Shown here: piece by piece, positions 35,226 through 47,200 of the stretch | How the letters are laid out: every line of letters begins with the position of its first letter | How positions within the stretch are numbered: position 1 is the stretch's first letter | Source of the DNA: a virus | Taxonomy: Duplodnaviria > Caudoviricetes | Virus record (IMG/VR): IMGVR_UViG_3300020445_001331 | Location: 1-52,569 of that record | Strand: one strand, 5' to 3' | Length of the DNA: 52,569 nt | The notes under the pieces: generated by a model | Told to the model about the DNA's origin: nothing | What the model saw: the letters and a program-made list of their open reading frames with translations, nothing else | Databases searched by the model: none | Translations under genes and position numbers: made by a program

Positions 35226-38200
35226 TAGGTAGCGCCACCTCTTTGTTCCTTAAGAACCGTCCAATGTCATTTTCTTGTAATCTCAATGGAGTTCCTGGGT
35301 CAGTCCACTTCTTACCTATGCGTCTAACCACTGTTATCTTGGTGTTAATCGCCGGTGTATCTGTTAGTGTTACTACTGGATTTACTCCATCAACACTAAA
35401 TTCTGCTGGTAATGTAGAATCTCCCTCTGGACTGTCCAAATCAGTGCTTGGATTGAAGGAACTTATCGCATTTTTGCGTAATCTACGTCCACCTACAAAA
35501 ATTTCAAATTCATTTACGTTATTCGGTGTAAAGTCTACAGTAACAGCTTTAGTTGAGCCATCTGCTGTAAACGTCTGTGTTCTAGTTTCGTCTTTATAAG
35601 GTACAGTTTGATATACACTCTGATCTAATACTTGCACTCCTGCTTTATGTATTGTTTTGATACCTGTTCCTAGTGTACCTCTACGCAACTGTCTAATTGC
35701 ACCATCTTCTTTTAAGAAATATTCAATACGTTCTCCTCCTATAAAGAGTATACCTGGAATTCCTTTAGCTCTATTTGGCTCAGGCAAAGTATCTACGTTT
35801 GTTATAAAGATTTTAGTATCGTACCAGTTTAAGTTTTCTGCAAGTGTGTATTCCACATTATCACCTAAACGTTTAAAGTGTGTTCTGTTCAACATATCTT
35901 TAAACTGTCTATAACCAAACTTACCAGTAATTGTGCTATTTGAGAAATGTATTAGCTCTAGGCTATCATTTGTTGCAACATCTACTACCATTCTAATTGA
36001 CTGTTTATCATCTTGTAAGTAGTAATCAATACTTGGAGTTAATAATGCTCCGTTTTTAGTAATCCAAACGTATTCAGCATCTATGGCCGCTTTACGTAAT
36101 TTAATAATTCCTTTTGTAAGCTGGTGGTATTCAGTATAATTATCTGTACCAACTGTAATTGGGTTTCTTGTAACTATGTCTAAGTTTTCTCTTTCAATTT
36201 TTCTAACATCATGATTAGTTAATTGATAAACTGTTACACTTTCATTAAGTGCTGGAGGAGTAGTTAAGTAAACTTTATCTGGAGTTTCTACCCATAAGCC
36301 ATTACCACCTAAGTAACCAAATGCATATTCGCCATTGTTAATTACATAAACATCTAACACATCACCGTCAACACCTACATCTGAAAATAGTTGTATCTCT
36401 GCATTAAAGGTATCCCAGTTCCAAGACTTAGAAATAAACACTTCTGTTCCATTTAGGAATGCTCTTACTTCGTTACCACCAACACCAGCTTGAGTAATTT
36501 GATAATCTCTTAACTTGTAATTTCTAGTTGCTGTTTTAACATTAAACGATTGATTGTATCCTGCATTTAAAATTTTGTTTCCAACTTTAACAATTACATT
36601 ATGCTCTAATGGTTTTTGATTTAATGGAGTTTGTGCAAGTGTAAAGTTATCAGTAGTACCGTCACCTGTAAATGTATCTGTTGCAATTTGTGAGAATGAT
36701 TTAGCGGCACTATCAAATATTGCATATTGTATTACAGCATTGTTATCAGGAGCAGTACCTATTTTAAATACACATAAACCTTTTCCTACATTATAAGTTG
36801 CATCTGTTTCTGCCATATCAACGTTTACAGTTTTTCCATCAACTGTTAAGAAGAAACTTAAAGTAGATTTGTATTTGATTGATGTAACATATAATGAAGT
36901 TGAACCGTCACCTATAAATTGATCAACATCTAATATATGCTCACCATTATTACTCATTGTAATAATATGTACTTGTTGCTGATCTCCAGGAGCAGTTGTT
37001 AATTTAATTTTTTTGTTTTGATAGTCTACAGTAAATTGTGTATCAGATAAAACTGTGCCATGTACTTTTACCCATACATCTTTTTGACTCATTGGTACAT
37101 AATTAACATCAAAGTCTTTATTACTTCCGTCACCTAAATAATTGTAACTATGCAATACACTAGAACCATCTCCAGTTCTTTCATAAACTTTAATATCAAG
37201 TGTATCTAATACTTGTCCTGGAACAAGTTCTTCAGGTCCTTTTGAAGTTAGTGGTGTAACAAAACTGTCACCGTCAACAACAATCTCTTCTGCATTAATT
37301 CCTCTTGCAGTTGAGTATGCCATATCGCCACCTTGTAATAATGTATCGTATCCATCTGGATCTGGAATAAATGAACCATCGCTTGATGCTTTTCTAATTA
37401 CTATAACATCATTTGCTACTGTCGGAATTTTAGTTTCGTCTAGTGTAATTGTACTTTGTCCTGCTCCAGTAATACTTTCCATTACTGCATTTGTATTTGT
37501 TAATACTGTACTTCCATCATAGTCTGGATCATCTACTCTTACACCGTTTTTGTAAACATTATAAACTATTCCTGCTTCTAATGGTTTAGCTAACGTGAAT
37601 ACATTTGTACTTCCGTCTAAAGTAAAGACTTCATCTTCGTAAGTATTATCGTATGTGTCCCAAGTAGTAGTGTAGTAAGGTTCACTTGACCAACCTGTAC
37701 CTGAACCAAACGTGAAACTCTTAACTTCAATTCCACCATAGTCAACACCGTCCATTACTTGTGAAACATCATTTCCTAACATACCTGTTGTTGGACTATA
37801 GAATAAATTAATTCTATCTTGTGCTTGTAGCATAGTAATAGATTTAGAATACTTAACAACAATCGTTGCACCTGTTATTGGAGGTTCGTTAAATGTTATA
37901 AGTCCTCTTTGTCTTGTGTATGACTTATCTGTGTAATCTTTATTATCAGTTGTATATTCACTTTGTAGTGATTCAATACCGTTTACTGTAATTTCAATTT
38001 GTGTAGTTCTTAAATCCATTGGATACTTAAGATCAAATGTTGTTTGACTACCTGTACCAGTAAAGTTTTCTGTTTGTGTTAATGTAGTAATTAAGAACGT
38101 ACCTGTTGTTCTATCAAACTTGGAAATATGATGTATGCTTCTTACTTTACTATTACCTATTTGTGCTGTTATTCTAGCCGCAGTAGAACCTGTTGACTGT

Positions 38201-41200
38201 GTACCTTCAATAGTTATAGTTGGAGCAGATAAGTATCCGCTACCTGGATTAGTAATTGTTATATATTTTATAGATCCACCACTACCAAGTGTAGCTGTTG
38301 CTTTAGCACCAGTTCCGCCACCGCCACTAAATTTAACTTGTGGTACTTCTAAATATCCTGTTCCACCAGTTTTAATATTAGCTTTAGTAACTTCAAAGCC
38401 AACATTGTTAGCCCAGTACTTGTTAGGATAAGTTGTAATAGTTGCATCTTGTCCGTAAATTAAATCGTCTTTAACTTTTAAACTTGCAGGAACAATTTTA
38501 CCAGCATCAACACTATAAGCTGGTGGCATATCAAAGTCTGTTACACCAGTATTAGTTGGATCTGTTTTTGTGTACGAACTTATATACTCTCTAAGTTTTG
38601 CTTTATAAGGTTTAGCTTCTTCAACAAATTTTTCATAACTAGGTAAGCTATCGTTTTGGAAAGTAATTTTTTGTGTTAAATCACCTGCATTGTGTCTAGC
38701 TTTTAAGAAACTAGTTTTAAATGCCCAATCAACGTTTGGTTGTTCTGCAAACGCATAACGCATACTTGAGAAGAATAAGTTATTATATTCAACAGCAAGA
38801 TCGTTAATGAAAATATGATCTCTTAAACCTGTTAATATATTTCTTAATTCAATAGTAGGTTGATCGTCATAGAATGAAGTATCATAACTTAATCCATCAT
38901 ATCCAATATTACTATTTGCTGGATTGTACAATGATGTTTTTAAGTTTATAGTTCCGTTCTCTCTACCTACTGTTTTATATTTTGTAGTATAGTCTGTACC
39001 GTCATTACTAATTTTTTCTAGTAATAACCAACCACCTGATCCAATAGTAGATATTTTAACTATATCTCCTACGTCATCATTTAATCCTTCTAACTGATAA
39101 GAGTAATCAATTAAGTAATCTGTTTCTGTAAATTCACTATAACCTGTGTCATACCAATCAGTATAATTCCACCAAGTAGTTGTATCGTAACTTGAACTTG
39201 AAGTTCTTTCCCAAAGTTTAGTTGAACTATTGTAGGCATATATTGCCCATTTACTATTAACTGTTTCATCTACAGTAACTAATACACTATATCTTCTTAC
39301 TTCTAAACCAGTTGTACTTGCATATCCTGAACCTGAATTTTTAACAGTTGCATTAGTAATAGTACCTGCTGAACTCATTGTTAATATAAGTTCTGCTCCG
39401 CTACCTGCTCCGTAATTTTTAAATTCGTAAGTTGGAACAGTTACATAACCTTTACCGCCATTAGTAACATCAACTCTTGTAAGTTTTCCGTTAACAAATA
39501 CAGGAGTTAGTACTGCTGGAATAACATTAGATACACCAACAAAGTTTAATTCTGCATTAGTTGTTACTGACTTATCAAACTTTTTACCTAGCAACGTTGG
39601 AGTTGCATCTTTACTTAAGAAGTTTGATAAATTGTATTCATCAACAATTAAGTTTTTCTTTAATACATCGTTAGCTCTTTCAACAACTTGTTTTAGAGCC
39701 TCTACACGATTTTTAAACATACCTTGTCTTGGTCTATCTAAAATACCGTATCTTTGTTTATCACTTAATATAGGATCTGGAACTTGTCTGTCATTTGTAT
39801 CAACACCTATTAAACTATCGTACCATTTACGTTCTAGTTCTGCGTTAGGTTTACTTGTACCTAATCCTTCAGACATAATCTGATATTGATTATGAATATT
39901 AATATCTTTATTATCTATTTTCCAATAACGGAAGTTAATTGCATTTTCTGATCCACTTACAAGTGATTGACAGTTATATAATCCAAATCTATCATTTGAA
40001 TACATAGCAACAAATCTTTGTCCTTGTGCCGCAGGATCACTAATTAATTGTGAAACGTCATACGCAGAAGCATTTCTCCATTCTACGTTTGGAATAATTT
40101 TAGTATTTTTAACCCAATAGTAAAACTTGTTAAAGAAGCCTTTCGATACAGTATCGTATTTCTGTATTTGTACATAAGTGTTTACATCTTTAGCTGTACC
40201 ACTAATACCGTCAACAAGTCCTTCTTCTGTATCTGCTATTGCGTTCCATTGAGTAGGTGTAAGTTTTGTTTCAACCCATTCGTAAATATCTATTGACGCA
40301 CCTGTAAATAATTTGTTCCAGTTTGCTGTATTGTAAATTATGTTTCCTTGATAAGGATTTACAAATTTAGCTGTACTTAAATCCCACCATAGTCTACCAA
40401 CATTAGTAACGTCCCAATAGTTTTCTGGATCAATTACTGTTGATGGAGAAGCTGTTCCGTTTGTGTAAACAGCAGGATCGTAATGTGTTTTATAAGTTAA
40501 TTCTTCTTCAGCCGCACCTGCAATTTTTCCTTGTATAGGATCAATGTAGTCTATTGTTTGTGCAACAGGATTAGAAGTTATATTGTAAATGAACACACCT
40601 CTAAATTTATCTAAATCAACTTGTTCTATTGGAGTACGTAATTCTTTCCAAGGACTAGTATCTCTAGTTCTCTTATAATCTAATAGTGTTCCAATGTAGT
40701 TGTTATCTGTAACAGAAAGTTCTGGCATTGGTACATACACGTGGTTTTCGTTAAACAGTAAGTACTCGCCGAATCTTTCAGTTGAAGCATTTTTGTAATT
40801 AAACTTCTCTGCATATAATAATTTGTTTTTAACTTTCTGATACATAAACACTTGACCACTATCTGCATTAACACTTTCAAACTGTGTTAAGTTATTGTCA
40901 AATGTAGTTGTAAGGTTATCATAAGTTGTACTAGTTACAAGGTCACCACCTTTAGAACTTACAATTAAGTCATTACCTTCAAAGTCTAGTGATGCTCCAA
41001 ATCTTTCTGCAACATCATTTTCTGGACTATAAAGAGTTTGCGTAACTGTAAATGTTCCAGCAGTACTTGTATAAATGTAAACTTTACCATTGTCGTTTGA
41101 TCTATCATCTGCTAAAGGAGCCCCAACGGCTAACATATCTCCGTCATCATTTAAGCTAACTGAAGAACCGTATCCAACGCCTATCTTAGGAGCACTAATC

Positions 41201-44200
41201 ATTTGTGATAATTCATAATGCCCATTGTTTAATCTGTAAATTATAACGTAAGGATCACTATTATTAAAGTCTGCCACAGTTGCAATTACTTCTGCACTCT
41301 TACTAATACAGAATGGGTGTGCATACTGTATTAATGCTGACTTATCAAACGTACTATCATCATTAACATCTAAACTAGAATCATTTGGAATATATCCTAT
41401 GTAATCTATATGAGAAGTTAATGCTGTCCAGTAAGCTATATCCCAAGCACCTGGTGTTAAATTAGTTTTTGCTTTATAAAATGCACCTAAGTATAATACA
41501 ATATCATTTGTGTAATAAGTTAATGTAACATCAAATGCACCTTTAAAGTTTATGTTTTTACTTCTAGCCCACTCGTAAACTGTGCCGTCAGCATCAGTAC
41601 CATGGTTAATAAAGTGTATTCTACCACTGTTAGAAGTAGATGCATTTCCTGGAGCACTTACAAACAATCTATAAAAACTATCTAGTGTACTAGACTTATG
41701 AAGTTCTATTTGAGTACCTAAATATCTATTTGATTCTCTTTGTGGGTTAGTGTAACCAAATTGGAAACTAAACAATCCTGAACCCATTTTTTCATAAACA
41801 AAATATGCACCTTCATTAGTGTATGCACTTGCTGAACCATCTGCATCTGCCTTAATTGCTGAAACTTGTTGCCAGTCTTTATTAAGTGGATTAGGATAGT
41901 TAGGTGTTCTAGCTATACCACTTACTGTTCTGTTATTATGAATATTAATTTCAATTTCGTTTTTAAATGTAGGTGATGTTACAGGCAACATAGTTGAGTC
42001 AGTAAATCTAACAACAACTAATTTACCAGTTGTTGCACTTGACATATCTGAAGCATCTAATCTTCCTGATAATCTATCAATACCTGCACTTACTCCATTT
42101 TTAATTGCAATAGTACTAGTATCACTATTAGTATGACCAAACTTAAATGTTCCTGTTCTATTTTTAACATACAATCTACAATCTAATAATTGTTCTTGTA
42201 AGTAAATAACTTCTGCTTCTGCATTAGAAAGTTGGTCTACAATAACATCTCCTATTTGTGGAATATAAGGATCACCATTATTATCAAAGTTTGTAAATGT
42301 TACATCAACGTAACCGTCCCATAAATCAAATACATTATGTCCACCTACTTGATTTGTATATGCTGTATCTATTCCTAACGTTGCTGGATCATAAACAGTA
42401 CCTAAACTATTTCTAATTTTATTAACGTGCATTTTGAAGTTATCGCCATTAGTTAAAGTATCTGTCCAAGCCTTGTTACCTCTAAAGAACCAGTAAGGAC
42501 TTAAATCAGGCATTCCTTGTTTATTGTAGAAACTTAAATGTCCTATCTTACCACCCATTGTTGGATCAGTAACTTGATTCAACGCATAAACATCGTCCAT
42601 TGTATTGTAATAAACTTCAGGTGTTTTACTTTCGTTTTGTGTAATAATATCCTGTACTACAAACTGTGGAGTTGTAACTTCTTTAGTAGATGAAGTAAAA
42701 CTAGTTAAACCAGTAATTTTCCACCAACCACCAAAGTCACTTGCTCTGTTTAAAGGATTAACTGCAACATAAGTTCCCATTGCAAGTGTTCCAAGCATAG
42801 CTGAACCACTATCACTAAACGTACCGTTAGCATCTCTAACATAAACAGTTGCTTGGTTTACGTTTGCAACATGAATATAATCTACTGTACCTAATCCTGT
42901 ATCTGTTGAAAGTATATCTCCAACATTAGGAGTTCTTAATAAGTTGTCGAAGTAAAGTATTGCATCAATTTTACCTGCAATAGTTTTACTTCCATCAAAC
43001 TGTGCCACACCTGGGCCGTTACTACCAAATGGTAATATTCCGTTTGGATAATTCTGTGAATACTGTTTCCAGTTTAATACAAGTGTATCACCAACTGCTG
43101 ATCCTTCAAATTGAGCCACTGGTGCTCTAATTAACATATGATCAGTTGGAACGTTAAAGTTATAATTTCCTCTTATAGCATAAACAACTTCTGGATATGC
43201 TGAGCCATTCCAAGACGCTTCAGCTATTGTGGCTGTGTCATAAAAACTATCAAATGTTAATGTACCTTGTGCCGCCGATATAGGAAATAGAGCTTCCCAG
43301 AAGTTTTCTTGATAGTTTACAATATCATCTTTAGCATAACTTACGTTACCTGTAAAGTTTCCAGCAAATTTAGTTTTTAAATTACTAGCCTGTGGAGCAC
43401 CTACAACTAACCACTTATCATCTCTTGATAATGCTAGTCCTGTTCCAAACTTACCATCTCCTGTGTATAAGCCTGTTGGAGCTTCAATTGTTTGTGCGTG
43501 AAGATATTGTCCTGTATCACTTGATCTACTATAAACATAAACTTTGTTTGATTCACTTGCACCAACAATTAGTGTTACGTTTCTTTCATCACAAGCAATT
43601 ACTTTACCAAAGTTTGTACTTGCATCACCTGTTTCAACGTTTGAAATAACTTGATGTTGTGAGTGTGTTGGATTATTTTGTAATACTATCCAACGACTGT
43701 TACTGTCATCATCAATCCAAATGTTTTCGCCTACTTTAAGTTGATCATTAATTAATCTTGTGTTAGCATCTTCTAGTGATGCAACTCTAGATGATATAAA
43801 GTTAGTAACAAATCCAAAGTTAGCTGATTGATCTTGTGCTTCTTCTAAGTCTGGTGTTACACCATTTGCATAACAAACAATAGTTCCTAGAACACATTCT
43901 TTTACTTTATAAAACTTCTCGGCATCAGGGGCATCAATAACACCTATAATATCATTAGGAACAAATGTTGCTTGTTGACCTGCTTTTAAATTAAATGTAG
44001 TTGTACCAGCTTCAGTATCTGAACTAATAGATTTAACTTGGAAGTCTGTACGTGTGTATTTTAATACGTCCCAACTTAAAGATGCTTTACTTGTACCAGT
44101 CCATATATAATCACCAATGTTATAATCAGTTAAAGTTAATGCTAATATGTCATCATACTTTGCTACTTGCGTCTTAACATCTGCTGAATTAACATAACCA

Positions 44201-47200
44201 GCAGTTTGTATATAATCTGTATCTTTATACTTTGTAGGGAAAGGTTTATGATTATATCCATCTGGTTTTAAATAAGTTTCAAATGGTCTTTGTCTGTAAA
44301 TTAAATCTGTTTCTTTACCTGTTATACTAGATACAAGTTCTACAGGTTGTGGACTTAATCTAAATTTAGCTTCGTCAAGTTTGTATTCAACTTCATCATA
44401 AGATTGTGCTGATCCTAATTGACCTAATCTAATTGCCCACTCTTCGTAAAACTCTACACTATCGCTTGTTGTATTTGATAATGCATCAAATAGTTTTGTT
44501 AAAGAATTCTTTGTACCTTTATCTTGAATAAATCCTTGATAGAATTTATACTGTGAAACATCATCATTAATAATGTTTTCTAAATACTGACGTTTTTGAT
44601 AACCAATTAAATGCTGTGCAACTCTTTGTTGACTTTCATCAAAGTTATCTGTATCTAAATCATAGAAGTCGCCAAACTGTTTTGCTTTATAGTCTAAGTT
44701 TGCAATTAATCCTGACTGTGGTTTTTCATTTAAACGTTCCCAGAATTTAGCATCAAATACATCTGAACCTGTTACTTTTACTTTAGCAACATAATAAAAT
44801 TCTTTATACTTAACTGTATCGCCTATTGCATAATCTTGCCAAGGTTCCCATTCAGTAACTTTAGCATCATCAAAAACAAATCCTGGAATATTAAATCCAC
44901 CAGTCCATTTATCAGTTCTGTATCCTAATACTTTAATTCTTTCTTGTCTATATCCTGGCTCTAAATCATAAATGTAATCTTTGAATACAGTTGTGTTATC
45001 AAGTAATACAACGTGTTCAATTTGTACTAAAGGAATCTTAACAGCATAAATTCCGTCTGTTGTATTCTTTGTACTAATTTCCATATAGTTGTCGTTATCT
45101 CTATATGTGTTAATAAATGCTTTTAGTAATTTTTTACCATCTGCTTTAAACATATTGTAACCATAGAAGTTATCAAAAATGTTATCTGCTACATGGTTCT
45201 CTCTAGCAAAGCAAAGTCTGTTTGCACCAGCACTTAAAGTTATTACACTATTTGCCGCCCAGTTCTGTGTAGTCCAGAACATAAATTCTCTTGCACTTAA
45301 AGACCAATCTTCAACTTGATTAATTTCTGTATTGTATTGCTCAAATCTAAATCCTACGGATTTTAAATATCTTTCGTAACCTAATATAAAGTCAACTACT
45401 TCTTGAATAGTTCTAAACATTGTACCGTAAGCTAACTCAACCGGTTCGTCATTAATTCCTTCATTCCATTGTCTATGGAAAACTGCTGTTCTTCCACCTG
45501 TTACAGGAAGTTCTGCTAATTTTACAAATTTAGTTTGATCAAATGTGTCCTCGGCTGTATGTAAAGTTTCAGTCATATAGTATTGACCACCAAACTCTGC
45601 AATTAGTCCTGGGCTATAAGTTTCTCCACCTTTCCAAGTTACATAATCTTCAGAAGTTCCTCCAACTACTACTGTTGGATCATCTGCTAATGAAACTGGA
45701 GTAAAATATTTAAAGTATGGATTATTATAATTGTAACCTCTAACAATAAATCCTGATGGAACTTTTTCTATAATTACACCACTATATGGAACAAGGTCAA
45801 TTACACTACTCTGGTTAAGGAATACTTGATAGTTTTCATCTGGAACAAATACATTACCTTCATTAAGAGGAGTTCTTGAATCAAGTAATAATTTAAATTT
45901 ATTCTTATCTGTGTATCCACCAATTTTTAATCCTAATTGGTTAGTAACATTTTTTAAATCAGTTTTATATTGCGTGTAATACTTAATAGTCTTGCTATTC
46001 ATGTATTCAGCAACATAGTTAACAAACCCTGAAGTCATTACTCTTGATGTATCTTCTGTTGTATTAGGAAATACTAAATCTTCAAGTCTTAATCTTTTAT
46101 TAGTTGCACTATAGATAACTTCTTTTGCAGGATTACGTTTAATTCTTGCTCTATCAAATCCTAGTCCCATAATTTTAGTTGGTTGGTTTAATAACCAAGC
46201 TATCATTAATGCAAAAGGATATTCTGAACTTCTACGCCAAGCTGTTTCAGTAGGTGATTCATCACCAAACACAAATGGATTTTGTGTTCTATTACTAATA
46301 TAATTTTTTGCATAGTTAGAATCTAATGGACTTATTAAATCTCCAGCATCGTTAACTGGAATATGCTTTGTAATATTTGCTCTTGCATACTTACTATTAT
46401 AAGTTACAGGCTCATTAGGTATTCTATATGCACCCTTTTCTATGTCTTGCCATAGAATTTTGTTTTCACTTGTATAAGGTGCCGCACCATAAACAGTTTC
46501 CCACCAAGTTGGTTGTTCACTATATCCTAATATTTCCCAAGGATGTGAATGAGGACGGTCTGTATCATATGCTTCTTTATATACAGCTCTCCAATATCCA
46601 GCATTCTTTTTACCTGTTGGTGAATTAGTGTTGCTGTAATTAAATGTAAAGCTGTTAGTTCTTTCCCAGAAACTATAATCTGAATAGTCTGGACTTCCTA
46701 ATGCATTATTCCATTCAATAAACTCAGGTAGTAATGCTTTATCTCTTGCCCATTTAGTAAATCCTGTATCTCTATTTTCTCCGCCAATGAATTCGTGTAT
46801 ATTGATCATTGTAGCGTCATAGTCTACTTTAATATTATTGTAAATTCTTTTTTCTAACTCTAATAATAAGTCATCTCTAAAGTCATTGTATGCAACAAAT
46901 ATATTTCCATCGTGTCCTTGTATAACTTTTACAGGAGATTGATAAGTTGTATCTGTAAATATCTCAGGTTTAAATTTAGGATATAAACCTAATTTAGTTG
47001 GCGTAGCTGGAATATATGAACCGTCAGTATTTTCGTATTCGTATATGTCAATAGTATCACCAACAACTTTAGTTTTTGTAATTGTTACAAAGCCACTATA
47101 ATTACTTTCAAACTTATAATCTGTTCCATGAATAAGTTGTACTCCGTTTATATAAATGTTTACAGCTCTATTAGTACAAGTTGTAAGGTCAAATGCTTTG

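Noticed and set aside
444-46628. Many short ORFs in the track lying inside longer genes (e.g. 444..680, 3836..4120, 14120..14449, 17181..17576, 29624..30085, 35150..35599, 40680..40880)
   Set aside because: They are antisense or off-frame shadows of longer, motif-bearing genes, with no motifs of their own
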